The notes under the pieces are model-generated. The model was not told the origin of the DNA. It searched no databases and saw nothing but the letters and a program-made list of their open reading frames with translations. Positions 51,800 to 61,813 of a stretch of DNA of 64,000 nucleotides are shown here, one piece after another. Each line of letters starts with the position of its first letter. Position 1 is the first letter of the stretch. A program made the translations under genes and the position numbers. This DNA comes from Caldisericia bacterium. Its GTDB lineage: Bacteria; Caldisericota; Caldisericia; JAAYUI01. Location of the stretch: contig OY771555.1 of assembly GCA_963674785.1 (NCBI GenBank), positions 864,001-928,000 of the forward strand, read 5' to 3'.

Positions 51800-54700
51800 A
51801 TGAAAAAAATTTGTACGTGGACATTAATTTTTGTTTTGGTGTTTGGGCTGTTTGTCTTTGCCCCTGTGGAGGCCAAGGAGATATTCAAGACAAGGGAGAC
51901 CCAGGATTCATATGAGGCAAGGGTATCACTGAATCTTCAGGAAAAACTTGATGCTACACCTGTTGGTGAGACGGTTTCTGTAATGATATGGACAAATGCT
52001 CCAATCGATCTTGTTTTACAGAATCTGAAATCATCAAAACAGGTTGATGAGTTTACTTCCTTTGAGAGATTCGGATGTTATTCTGCACAGATCACACCAA
52101 ATGGAATTGAGAAACTTAGAAGTCTAAAATGGGTTGACAGAATTGAAGAAGACTATGTTTTGACTCTCCCAGATATTTCTGTTGAAGATGAAATCAACAT
52201 CGAAGAGGAAAACTGGGGTCTTAATGATCTTGGTGTTTCCAAACTCTGGGATAAGGGAATTGATGGCGAGGGAGCAATCATAGGTATTCTTGATTCGGGA
52301 ATTGATGGTGAACATCCTGAACTTGAAGGTAGAATTGAAAAATTCGCAGCATTCGATATGGGTGGTAACATTGACACTGAGGTTGAACCATTTGACCTTT
52401 ATGGGCATGGCACACATGTTGCCGGAATTGTTTGTGGCAAAACAGCAGGCGTTGCCCCAAAGGCGAAAGTTATTATGGGTTCTGTTATGCCAACAGGTTC
52501 TGGAACAATCACTCAGGTTATCGCTGGAATGGAATGGATGCTTGATCCTGACCAAGACCCAGAAACAGATGATTCACCAACGGTTGTTTCAATGTCACTT
52601 GGTGGTTCTGTTGCTGAGGATATGGTTGAGATTGCAGATGTTTTTGAAAGAGCCGGTATCCTGCTTGTTGCATCAATCGGTAACGATGGAGCAGGTGCAT
52701 CAGGTTCACCCGGAAATATACCATCAGTTCTCTCCGTTGGAGCATATGATATTGATCGAGACATTGCATTGTTTTCTTCTGGGCAGGAGCTTGATTGGGA
52801 ATATGATCCATACCATCTTACAGTTATGAAGCCAGATGTCGCAGCACCTGGAGTTGCTATCTATTCAAGTCTTCCTGGCGGTGAGTACTCACCAGCCAGC
52901 GGAACATCAATGGCAGCCCCACATGTTGCCGGTGTTGCTGCTCTTCTTCTTTCAGCTAATCCAGACCTCTCAAATATCTCAGTCCGAGAAACTCTCATAA
53001 ATACAGCTACCGATTATGGTGAAGAAGGTTGGGACAGAAGGTATGGGAATGGAATAGTCAATCCCGAAAAAGCTGTTGAGCTGGTTAAAAACTCATCTGA
53101 GATAAAAGTTGACCTTAGCGGAGATTTTGGTGATGAACCGGTCAATCTGAGTTTTGGTGAAAGAGTATACCGAATTGAGAGTGATACATCCTTCATCTCG
53201 GAAGCTGGAAAAACCATGCCAATCGAGTTGTCCTGTTTTGGTTATGAAAAACTGAACAGCGAAATTGCCACAAAAACAAATAGCTCAGAACTTGTAAGGT
53301 ATGTGGCAAATAAATTACCGGTGAAAAAATACTCTGGATTGATTATTTCAGAAAACGGTAACCCTGCACCAGGTGTTGTAAAATTCATCGATACACCTGT
53401 AGAAGTCAAAACCGACGATAGCGGTTTCTTTGAAGCAGAGGTACCAGTTGATGTCTATGATGTTGAGTTCTGGGGGATTGGATGTGAGCCTTCTACAAAA
53501 ACGATTGATATCAGCGATCCGATGACTCGAATTGTGCTTAATGAGACAGATGTTCTTGTTGCGATACCACAGTTTAAAACACCTTCACAGTATCACGCAC
53601 AGAAATACGATAAATTCTGCTACAGGGCTTTAGATGAGACAAATCTTTCATATTGCCCGGTAAACCCGTTCAATTATGATCTGAAGGTAGAAGACCTTTT
53701 GAAGTTTGATAGGGTGTATTGGTTTGGTGGTCCATCAGATATGTATGGAGAGCACTCAGACCTTCTTGCAGAATATCTTGATAGAGGCGGAAAGCTTTTG
53801 CTTTCTGCAAGCAACCTTATGCTTTACGATGCATATAGAGGATACTCTGACTCTGACCCACTTTTTGTTCAGGAATATTTTGGATTGAAGTCAATCAGAC
53901 AGGGTTATATGACAACAACTCTTGTTGGTATGGAGGATACTGACCTTGGCGAAGGGCTTGTACTCGCACTCAGTGGTGGAGATGGTGCGTCAACCCAGAT
54001 TGGTTTTGATGCTCTTGGAATAAACAGTAGGTCAGATAAACATCCAAAACCTTTCCTCCATTATTACGGTCCTCAGAGTGTTTCAGTTGAAGAGCTTGGT
54101 TATGCTGGAGTGTCCGTTGAGTCGGGCAGCTATGCAGGAATCTATCTTTCGTTTGGTTTTGAGGTTGTCAATAATGCAAAAGATAGAACCGAGCTTCTGA
54201 CCAGAATCGAGGATTGGTTTGACCAGTTCGGCGGAATTGATATGGCTTTCGTAAATGACGCTGGAACGCCAATCTACTCCAGGGTAACTGTTGCCGGAGT
54301 TGTCGATAGTGTTGAAAGTGATGAGGACAATCATGTCAGACTCAACAGTCTGAGAGCAGGTGTATACAATATCTCAGTAAGCTCGCTAGGTTTTAAAGGG
54401 CAAAACTTTGAAATTGAGATTGTCGAAGGAAAACAAACAAAAGCTGAACTCACACTATCTGACCCTGCAAACATAACATTTTCTGGGCAGGTCAAAGATG
54501 GTGATTCTGGCGAGGGGATTGAATGTAGTTTTAAAATCACAGGCAAAGAAACAAAGACATACAAAACCGACAAAGACGGAAATTTTGAGGTAAACCTCCC
54601 ATTGTTTGAGTATGATCTTAAGTTCTTCAAGAAAAGGTATCTTCATCATTACATGGAGCTAACCAGAGATTCAAGTTTTTCTGATGAAAAGCCTATAGAC

Positions 54701-55381
54701 ATTAGCCTTTACAGGTATAAAGATAAATTTGCTGTTGTTGAACAAGTTCATCCTACATGGGCAACTATCCCATCTGGTGGGTGGTTCTTCCAGGGGCTTG
54801 CTCAAAACTACGATGCGATGTTCGCCAAAGCTGGTTACAAACCAACAAAACTAATCATACCACCAGAAGGGAAAGCTTCACTCGAAGATATTGACCAGTT
54901 TGGAACCGTATTCTGGTTGACTGGTTATAATGATGAGCTAACCGACGAATGGTGGCAGGATTTGGTGGCGGACTACGTCAGTGGTGGTGGAAACCTTGTC
55001 ATGATAGGAAACGATGTTCCAATCTACCTTGCGAAAAACCCAGAGCTATCAAAGATGCTTGGTTTTGAACTTGAGTCTGGAAACTCGTTTATCTTTACAA
55101 TTCAAGGTGTAGCTGATGACCCAATAGGTGATGGAATATTGATTTCAAAGTATCACCCATATATCAGGAACAGACTACTCTCGTATCAGCCAGCAATGAA
55201 ACCTGTTGGTGATGGTGTTTCATGTTTTGATCTTGTTGGTGGCAATGGTACATCAGCAGGCGTCTGGGTGAAGAACAATAAGCAAAAAACAGTTGTCCTG
55301 GGATTCGATATGTTTGACATATTCGATGACACCGAAACACACATAGAGATTACACAAAGAATAATCAACTTTTTTGAGTAA
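51800..55381 (+). CDS. Secreted S8 serine peptidase with I9-like prodomain and C-terminal Ig-like domains
   Basis: Catalytic triad ILDSG, HGTHVAG and SGTSMAAPHVAG; signal peptide. Confidence 0.93.
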   Translation: MKKICTWTLIFVLVFGLFVFAPVEAKEIFKTRETQDSYEARVSLNLQEKLDATPVGETVSVMIWTNAPIDLVLQNLKSSKQVDEFTSFERFGCYSAQITPNGIEKLRSLKWVDRIEEDYVLTLPDISVEDEINIEEENWGLNDLGVSKLWDKGIDGEGAIIGILDSGIDGEHPELEGRIEKFAAFDMGGNIDTEVEPFDLYGHGTHVAGIVCGKTAGVAPKAKVIMGSVMPTGSGTITQVIAGMEWMLDPDQDPETDDSPTVVSMSLGGSVAEDMVEIADVFERAGILLVASIGNDGAGASGSPGNIPSVLSVGAYDIDRDIALFSSGQELDWEYDPYHLTVMKPDVAAPGVAIYSSLPGGEYSPASGTSMAAPHVAGVAALLLSANPDLSNISVRETLINTATDYGEEGWDRRYGNGIVNPEKAVELVKNSSEIKVDLSGDFGDEPVNLSFGERVYRIESDTSFISEAGKTMPIELSCFGYEKLNSEIATKTNSSELVRYVANKLPVKKYSGLIISENGNPAPGVVKFIDTPVEVKTDDSGFFEAEVPVDVYDVEFWGIGCEPSTKTIDISDPMTRIVLNETDVLVAIPQFKTPSQYHAQKYDKFCYRALDETNLSYCPVNPFNYDLKVEDLLKFDRVYWFGGPSDMYGEHSDLLAEYLDRGGKLLLSASNLMLYDAYRGYSDSDPLFVQEYFGLKSIRQGYMTTTLVGMEDTDLGEGLVLALSGGDGASTQIGFDALGINSRSDKHPKPFLHYYGPQSVSVEELGYAGVSVESGSYAGIYLSFGFEVVNNAKDRTELLTRIEDWFDQFGGIDMAFVNDAGTPIYSRVTVAGVVDSVESDEDNHVRLNSLRAGVYNISVSSLGFKGQNFEIEIVEGKQTKAELTLSDPANITFSGQVKDGDSGEGIECSFKITGKETKTYKTDKDGNFEVNLPLFEYDLKFFKKRYLHHYMELTRDSSFSDEKPIDISLYRYKDKFAVVEQVHPTWATIPSGGWFFQGLAQNYDAMFAKAGYKPTKLIIPPEGKASLEDIDQFGTVFWLTGYNDELTDEWWQDLVADYVSGGGNLVMIGNDVPIYLAKNPELSKMLGFELESGNSFIFTIQGVADDPIGDGILISKYHPYIRNRLLSYQPAMKPVGDGVSCFDLVGGNGTSAGVWVKNNKQKTVVLGFDMFDIFDDTETHIEITQRIINFFE

Positions 55382-55400
55382 TTTTTACTAATAAAGAATA

Positions 55401-55440
55401 AAAGGCGGGGTCTTTTTTAAAGATTCCGCCTTTTTTATTT
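55401..55440 (+). terminator. Intrinsic terminator
   Basis: AAGGCGGGGTCTTT..AAAGATTCCGCCTTTTTT. Confidence 0.75.
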
Positions 55441-55502
55441 TTAGACATAAAATGTCGCAATTACCTTTTAAATATGGCAATTTGGTTGCTATAATATCGG
55501 GT

Positions 55503-55829
55503 ATGACGATTGGGATGACAATTGATATAATGTTACGCAAGATTGGTAAAACTCAATCCTGGCTCGCATCCGAGCTTGGAGTTTCAAGATCGACGGTTTG
55601 GAGGATTTGCAGTGGGAGAATAAGTCCTGGGGATGAGTTAACTTCAAATATCTCAAAAATCTTCTTGCGAGAGGGAGTCTGCCTGAAGGAAAATGATTTG
55701 ATAGAGGTTTGTGACTTTAATATCCATATTACCCTAGCAACTCTGAAGAAAATCATGGGGAACCCAAATACGAGTCCTGATGCAAGAAAAAAAATTGGGA
55801 TTGTGATAAATATGATTTCTGCAATGTAG
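55503..55829 (+). CDS. XRE-family HTH regulator, probably leaderless
   Basis: TQSWLASELGVSRSTVWRI..G...P; TGC-TATAAT lies 7 nt upstream of ATG 55503. Confidence 0.75.
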   Translation: MTIGMTIDIMLRKIGKTQSWLASELGVSRSTVWRICSGRISPGDELTSNISKIFLREGVCLKENDLIEVCDFNIHITLATLKKIMGNPNTSPDARKKIGIVINMISAM

Positions 55830-55895
55830 TAAAACAAGATAGACAACCTTTAAGTCCTTGCAGAATAGATATTTACTTGTAGTCTCTCAGATGTT

Positions 55896-57746
55896 ATGAA
55901 GACAAGAAGAGATGACTTAAGAAATATTGCTATAATTGCGCACGTTGACCACGGCAAGACCACTCTGGTGGATGGAATGCTTAGGCAGGCTCAGGTATTC
56001 CATGAAAATCAGAAAATTGTTGATCGTGTCATGGATTCAAATGACCTTGAGAGAGAACGTGGAATCACGATCCTTTCGAAAAATACGGCTATCAAAATCA
56101 TCAATCCTTCAACTGGTGAGAAGGTCAAAATAAACATTGTTGATACTCCCGGACATGCTGATTTTGGTGGGGAAGTTGAAAGAGTTTTGAATATGGTCGA
56201 TGGTGTTCTTCTGCTTATTGATGCAGCCGAAGGACCAAAACCTCAAACAAGATTTGTTCTTAAAAAGGCTCTTGGCATGGGGCACAAGGCGATTGTTGTT
56301 ATCAACAAGATTGACAGAAAAGATGCTGACCCAGACAGGGTTCTAAACGAAACATTCGATCTTTTTGTAGAGCTTGGTGCAACAGACGAACAGGCTGACT
56401 TTCCGTTGGTGTATGCTATTGCAAAGGAACAGAGGGCGGGTTTGACACCTGAGCTTTCAAAAGACCTTCAGCCACTCTTTAAAACAATTCTTGAAGAGAT
56501 TCCAGTCCCAGAGGTTGAACTAGAAACTCCATTGCAGATGCTTGTCACAAACCTTGATTATGACCAGTACAAAGGACTGACAGCCGTTGGGCGAATCTTT
56601 GCTGGACACATGAAGCAGGGCGAAAAAATCGCAAGGATCGGTCTTGATGGAAAAATAAATCCAGAGATAATCAAGTTTTTATATGTCTATGATGGACTAA
56701 AAAGAGTAGAGGTATCTGAAGCAAAAGCTGGAGATATTGTTGCGATCTCCGGGCTTGAAAGTGTGGCTATTGGCGAAACTCTTGCAAGCTTTGAGAGTCC
56801 TCTCGCACTTCCAGCAATCACAATAGAAGAGCCAACTGTAAGGATGACATTTGGAGTCAATACTTCTCCGTTCGCTGGAAAAGAAGGAAAATGGAGTACT
56901 TCGAGAAAGCTTCGCGAAAGATTGATTTCTGAACTCAAAAACAATGTTGCACTCAGAGTCACTGAAACCGAAAGCCCAGATAATTTCATAGTTTCAGGAA
57001 GAGGAGAGCTTCACCTTGCAATTCTTATTGAGACCATGAGACGTGAAGGTTATGAGTTCCAGGTTTCAAGACCTGAGGTAATTCTCAAGAAGAACAAAGA
57101 AGGAAAAACTGAGGAACCATACGAAGAAGTTCATATCGAAACAAGCCAAGAATCAGCAGGAACTGTCATTGGAATGATGGGTAAACGTCAGGGGAATATG
57201 CAGAGCATGGTTGAAAATGACTCAGGTTCTGTTGAATTGACATTCATAGTTCCTTCTCGTGGAATCCTTGGTTTCAGGTATAAATTCCTGACTGCAACAC
57301 GTGGTCTTGGAATCATGAACTCAATCCTTCAGGGATACGGACCAATGGCTGGAAAAGTCGAATCTCGTTCAAAGGGTTCACTTGTTGCGTGGGAACAGGG
57401 AAAAGCAACCCCATTTGGGCTCAAAAATGCTGAGGATCGCGGGATATTGTTTATACACCCCGGAATTGATGTTTATGCTGGAATGGTTGTTGGTGAGCAT
57501 CAGAGACCAGGTGATCTTGATGTAAACATCTGTAAAACCAAACATCTAACAAACATGCGTTCAGCCAGCAAAGATATTGAAGTCAAACTTGCAGTTCCAA
57601 GAGATATGAGTCTTGATGAGTGTATTGAGTATCTTGCAGATGATGAGCTTCTTGAGGTGACACCTGAGAGTCTTCGTATTAGGAAACGTGAGCTGGATAA
57701 AAACGTCAGACATCGTGCTCTCAAAAAAGAGAAGAAGGATTCCTAA
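55896..57746 (+). CDS. typA: Translational GTPase TypA/BipA
   Basis: [31 protein letters not shown] and [12 protein letters not shown] motifs. Confidence 0.97.
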   Translation: MKTRRDDLRNIAIIAHVDHGKTTLVDGMLRQAQVFHENQKIVDRVMDSNDLERERGITILSKNTAIKIINPSTGEKVKINIVDTPGHADFGGEVERVLNMVDGVLLLIDAAEGPKPQTRFVLKKALGMGHKAIVVINKIDRKDADPDRVLNETFDLFVELGATDEQADFPLVYAIAKEQRAGLTPELSKDLQPLFKTILEEIPVPEVELETPLQMLVTNLDYDQYKGLTAVGRIFAGHMKQGEKIARIGLDGKINPEIIKFLYVYDGLKRVEVSEAKAGDIVAISGLESVAIGETLASFESPLALPAITIEEPTVRMTFGVNTSPFAGKEGKWSTSRKLRERLISELKNNVALRVTETESPDNFIVSGRGELHLAILIETMRREGYEFQVSRPEVILKKNKEGKTEEPYEEVHIETSQESAGTVIGMMGKRQGNMQSMVENDSGSVELTFIVPSRGILGFRYKFLTATRGLGIMNSILQGYGPMAGKVESRSKGSLVAWEQGKATPFGLKNAEDRGILFIHPGIDVYAGMVVGEHQRPGDLDVNICKTKHLTNMRSASKDIEVKLAVPRDMSLDECIEYLADDELLEVTPESLRIRKRELDKNVRHRALKKEKKDS

Positions 57747-57773
57747 GCAAAAATCGATAAGGTAATTTTTCTA

Positions 57774-57800
57774 AGCCCTCCAAAATTGGAGGGCTTTTTT
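57774..57800 (+). terminator. Intrinsic terminator
   Basis: AGCCCTCC-AAAATT-GGAGGGCT followed by a T-tract. Confidence 0.85.
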
Positions 57801-57821
57801 GTTTATTACCAATTACTCTTT

Positions 57822-57907
57822 CGTCTTTCCGGACGGTCACTGAGCCTGCATGCGCATGACACGGCATCCCATTTCCCCGTCATTCCGTGCTTGACACGGA
57901 ATCCAGG
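57822..57907 (+). repeat. CGTC-tagged palindromic repeats
   Basis: CGTCATTCCGTGCTTGACACGGAATCCAGG (57878-57907) differs from 40819-40848 only by one compensatory base pair; a degenerate copy lies upstream. Confidence 0.8.
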
Positions 57908-58183
57908 ATTGTTTTTGAATCACGAAATATTTCGAGGGGAATTCTTGATATTGGATGGGCAATTTCACCGAATAAAAAATGATACGCCTTTCCATGCCCT
58001 GGTTTCCAGCGTTCGCTGGAAAGACGTAAAGAAAACCTCGTCATACCACACTCGATGCGGCATCTATGTTTTCAGTGTCGCATGAGTCATGCCATATCAA
58101 AACTAAAAAATGTCGTTTTTTTATCCAGAATTTATTCTCACCACTTTTTCTCTCCAATCCTTTATTAAATATTTATCAAAGCC

Positions 58184-58210
58184 TTGACGGGGGGGGCATT
58201 TGATTATAAT
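58184..58210 (+). promoter_or_regulatory. Promoter with a G8 tract in the -35/-10 spacer
   Basis: TTGACG (58184-58189)-15 nt-TATAAT (58205-58210); G8 at 58189-58196. Confidence 0.55.
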
Positions 58211-58413
58211 TCTTAACAACTTAACCAAAAAATTGAGCTGACATCTCCATATTTTGGATTAAACCTTGGTTATGTCGGAGTTTTTTGTGTGCAAACATCA
58301 CAAAAAAGATGAAAAATCAGAAGGTTAACTTTTGGTAATTACCGGTGACAAACAGGTGTCACAGGTGGTGTGATAGAATGGGAATGTCGAAATGACAGAA
58401 AAGGAGAGTGTGT

Positions 58414-58791
58414 ATGAGCTTATTATCAGGTCTACTTGGAAATGCAGGAGTCGTTAAAACAGAAGAGTTGGTTGAAAAGTATGGAAAACTCTTGACTGAA
58501 GGTGAAGAGATTGAAATTGGATTCAAGGTAATTCGAGATACATTCATGTTTACCAACAAGAGACTTATTCTTGTTGACGTTCAGGGATTAACTGGCAAGA
58601 AACAGGAGTTTTTGTCGATTCCTTATAAGTCAATTACCGCATTCTCTGTTGAAACTGCAGGGAGCTTGGATTTGGATGCTGATTTGAAAATTTGGGCTAG
58701 AGGACTTCCTCTGATCCAGAAGAAGTTTAATAAGAAGGTAAACATCTATGACCTACAAAGCTTACTTTCCAAGCATGTGCTGGGTCTTTGA
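58414..58791 (+). CDS. Bacterial PH-domain protein (bPH_1)
   Basis: GLLGNA..IRDTFMFTNKRLILVDVQGLTGKK..SIPY..FSVETAG.LDLD. Confidence 0.9.
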   Translation: MSLLSGLLGNAGVVKTEELVEKYGKLLTEGEEIEIGFKVIRDTFMFTNKRLILVDVQGLTGKKQEFLSIPYKSITAFSVETAGSLDLDADLKIWARGLPLIQKKFNKKVNIYDLQSLLSKHVLGL

Positions 58792-58806
58792 TAATCGGAG
58801 ATTCGA

Positions 58807-59490
58807 ATGAAAATTATAAAAAATCTGTTGGTTGTGGTTCTTGTTTTAGGCTTAAGTTTTGGTGGGTTTGTTGGTTGTAACAACAGTTCAAATAGTGAGG
58901 AGATAAAAGAGGCAACCGTATATTTATCCCAATTGTGGTCAATGATTGATGCAGCAATTGATCTCCCGAACTATAATCCTGAAGTTGCGACCCGATGGAT
59001 ACTTAATGTATGTAGTGAGTATAAAACCTCAAATCAACATATAAGAACATCCGTAGCAGATGTTGCTGAAGTATTTTCCAAATCTCGAGATCCAGAAAAA
59101 ACAAACAATAAGTTATCAGAAATTGGTGAAAGCTATTTAAAAAAGTGGACCGAATTCGACGAAAATGATCCGGCTATTAAGAGATATTGGGTTGAAAAGA
59201 CTTTTATGTTTGCATCGGAACACCTTGAACCGATTTTAAACATTCGAAGTGAACCTGAACTGAAGTTTTTTGCAATAGTCTATTTTGCATATCCGGCACT
59301 CTTTGTTGATTATGTACCATACAAATTAGTTGCAACCCCAATTGCAGAGTTTCTTGAAAAAAATGATACTTTTTTTGCTTATTCGGAAGATCCTGACATG
59401 AATACAATGCTTTATGCTCTAATCGGAAGTGATCTGAAAGATTTATTATCAGATATAAAACTTAACACACTTAAGGAAGCCGTGGAATAA
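58807..59490 (+). CDS. Lipoprotein, unknown function
   Basis: Lipobox FVGC. Confidence 0.7.
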   Translation: MKIIKNLLVVVLVLGLSFGGFVGCNNSSNSEEIKEATVYLSQLWSMIDAAIDLPNYNPEVATRWILNVCSEYKTSNQHIRTSVADVAEVFSKSRDPEKTNNKLSEIGESYLKKWTEFDENDPAIKRYWVEKTFMFASEHLEPILNIRSEPELKFFAIVYFAYPALFVDYVPYKLVATPIAEFLEKNDTFFAYSEDPDMNTMLYALIGSDLKDLLSDIKLNTLKEAVE

Positions 59491-59521
59491 AATCCAGCAG
59501 TTTTTTGAAAGGAGAAAAAAT

Positions 59522-59701
59522 ATGTTTGGAGTAACTGACATAGATATCGCAACAATATGGCTTTCTGTGATAACTATTGTTGTTTCGATAGTGATAATTG
59601 TAGTTCTTGTAAATCTCTCTAGTAAAATCAACAGAGTAAGAGAGAAGATGCTTGAAATGAAAGCTATGATTGGTGTTTTGAAGAATAAGCTCGATGAGTA
59701 A
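59522..59701 (+). CDS. 59-aa single-TM protein
   Basis: AGGAG RBS; MFGVTDIDIATIWLSVITIVVSIVIIVVLVNLSSKINRV..; below the ORF-track cutoff. Confidence 0.6.
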   Translation: MFGVTDIDIATIWLSVITIVVSIVIIVVLVNLSSKINRVREKMLEMKAMIGVLKNKLDE

Positions 59702-59716
59702 TAGGGAGATACATAC

Positions 59717-60664
59717 ATGAAAATCATAAAGAGTTTTTTGGTTGGAATGCTTGTGATTGGGCTGGTTTTTGGTGGACTTGTTGGGTGTGGGGGAGATGAA
59801 TCTGTTAACACAGAAAAAAATAATGCTCCTACCACAGAAAACACCAGCAAAAAGTATGAGGTTGGCAATGAGATATCGTTTACGATGTCTGCTGAATTAC
59901 TGAAAGATTTTTCAGGTAGTGAAAACTCAAAAATAAAGCTTGAGAAGTACACAATCGTCAAGATAACTGATGTTTTACCAGGAGAAAAATATTACAAAGT
60001 TGAAGTAGTAGAGCCAAAAAGTTTGTTTGGAATCAAAGGTTGGGTGGAAGAAAGAACTGTTGAAGTTAAATCTCATATTTGTACATCAGAAGATTATGAG
60101 AAAGCAAAAAAAGAATTTTCAATTGAAGTACAAATTGCTGATTCTAAACCTGCTCCTAAAACAACTCAAAACAAAACTTCTAAGACAACTTCAAAACCCG
60201 CTGAGACTACAAAACCAAAAGTGACTTCTAATTATTACAGTGATAAAATTATTAGCTGTAATCTCCCAGCGAATTGGGAAGGTGATTTTTTGGATTGTTA
60301 TGAATATGTTTGTGAATCGGAGCTGTCGACGCCACCAGGAACAGTTGATTTTGATGTGGCAATAGGAATATACAACAACAAAGACTTGTTAGATTATGGA
60401 TCAATTGAAGCTGCAATAATTGTTGATTATAATGAAGGACAAGGGTATGAAGCATATGATGCCGATGGGTGTTATATAAAAGACTTAAAATATGGGAATA
60501 ACAACTACAAAGGTCTTTTTAGTGATTACTCAGGCAATACAATCTACCACTACTACAAAGCATCCGGGAATGATTTCTATTACATCCAGATTTGGATAGA
60601 AGACCAATCAAAAGTTGATGAAGTTAAAGAAGTTCTAGCAAATCTCAAATTTAAAGATTTGTGA
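59717..60664 (+). CDS. Lipoprotein, unknown function
   Basis: Lipobox LVGC; Thr/Lys/Pro-rich linker. Confidence 0.7.
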   Translation: MKIIKSFLVGMLVIGLVFGGLVGCGGDESVNTEKNNAPTTENTSKKYEVGNEISFTMSAELLKDFSGSENSKIKLEKYTIVKITDVLPGEKYYKVEVVEPKSLFGIKGWVEERTVEVKSHICTSEDYEKAKKEFSIEVQIADSKPAPKTTQNKTSKTTSKPAETTKPKVTSNYYSDKIISCNLPANWEGDFLDCYEYVCESELSTPPGTVDFDVAIGIYNNKDLLDYGSIEAAIIVDYNEGQGYEAYDADGCYIKDLKYGNNNYKGLFSDYSGNTIYHYYKASGNDFYYIQIWIEDQSKVDEVKEVLANLKFKDL

Positions 60665-60745
60665 TTTAGGCTGAAACTCTTTGTCATAGACTCCGCATTA
60701 AGCGTGGGATGACGGGGATTGGTAGGAGGAGAGAATCGAACCAAG

Positions 60746-60797
60746 ACCCTCCCTGGCATCTTCGATGCCTTCCCTTTCCCTAAAAAAGGGAAGGCAA
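60746..60797 (+). repeat. Solo copy of the DUF559-flanking double-hairpin repeat
   Basis: ACCCTCCCTG-GCATC-TTC-GATGC-CTTCCCTTTCCCTAAAAAAGGGAAGGCAA. Confidence 0.8.
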
Positions 60798-60798
60798 T

Positions 60799-60829
60799 AA
60801 AAAAAGACCCTCTTACAAAGAGGGTCTTT
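60799..60829. terminator. Terminator between convergent genes
   Basis: AAAAAAAGACCCTCT-TACAA-AGAGGGTCTTT. Confidence 0.75.
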
Positions 60830-60853
60830 GTGGTTTCTAACGAGTCTGTTTTA

Positions 60854-61813
60854 TCAAAGATATTCAATAAGTGCTGGAAGTATTTCCATGCAATCTCCAA
60901 CAACACCAAAATCAGCTATTTTGAAGATTGGGGCATCAGGGTCGCGATTAATTGCGACGATGATGTCTGACTGTCTCATGCCTGCTAAATGTTGGTCAGC
61001 GCCACTTATGCCACATGCAATGTAAAGTCTGGGTGAGACGACCTTGCCAGTGAGACCAACCTGGTGGGATGAGTGAATCCATTCGGCATCAACGATGGCA
61101 CGTGATGCACCAAGTGCAGCACCAAGTTTTCTTGCGAGTTGTTTGCCAAGAACGAGGTTTTCTTTTTTTTGAAGTCCACGTCCACATGAGACGATGATTT
61201 TAGAATCCGCAATTGATGGACCATCTTCGTCGCTTGGCTCAATGTGGTCAAGTGCTTTTTTGATTTCTGATGCCATTGTTGCTGGCTCAAGCATCTCAAC
61301 GGTTGTTGTGATGTCAGCAGATCTTGGTGTGTCAAAAACCCCAGGGTGAACTGTTAAAACCGAGCTACTTGGAGTCCAGACTTTTGAGAGAATCTGTCCA
61401 CCAAAAACATATTTTTCAACAACGAACCCATCATCTTTGGCAGAAATTGATTGAACATCTGTGACCAGTGGATTTCTTGTTCGGGCAGAGATTTTTGCTG
61501 CAACTTCAAGACCCCATTGGTTGTGAGGAGTGATTATAAGTTCAGGCTTCCTTTTTGCTGCGAGGTCAGCGACTTCTCTTCCAACGATCTCAGTGTCTCT
61601 GTTTTTGAGGTTTTCAGATTCAATGAGGATGGTCATTGGTTGACCCATTCTGCCGAGGGTTGGTGCTCTCATGCGAAGGTCAGAGCCGACAAGAACGACT
61701 GCCACTTCGGCAAGCTGGTCAACAGCAAGTTCGTGAAGTGAGCCGAGGAGTTCAGAAGAAGCCTTAGTTACTTGACTACCAACGAGTTGTCCGACAATCC
61801 AGAAATGCTTCAT
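60854..61813 (-). CDS. etfA: Electron transfer flavoprotein alpha subunit
   Basis: IVSCGRGL, GASRAIVD, QVGLTGK.V.P.LYIACGISGA.QH.AGM and APIFKIAD motifs. Confidence 0.95.
   Translation of the reverse strand: MKHFWIVGQLVGSQVTKASSELLGSLHELAVDQLAEVAVVLVGSDLRMRAPTLGRMGQPMTILIESENLKNRDTEIVGREVADLAAKRKPELIITPHNQWGLEVAAKISARTRNPLVTDVQSISAKDDGFVVEKYVFGGQILSKVWTPSSSVLTVHPGVFDTPRSADITTTVEMLEPATMASEIKKALDHIEPSDEDGPSIADSKIIVSCGRGLQKKENLVLGKQLARKLGAALGASRAIVDAEWIHSSHQVGLTGKVVSPRLYIACGISGADQHLAGMRQSDIIVAINRDPDAPIFKIADFGVVGDCMEILPALIEYL

Noticed and set aside
57786-58085. 99-aa ORF after typA
   Set aside because: It starts inside the terminator and translates palindromic repeats (VIPCLTRNPG); no RBS.
60580-61025. 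Short ORFs between the lipoprotein and etfA
   Set aside because: They read through the repeat and terminator, or are antisense to real genes.
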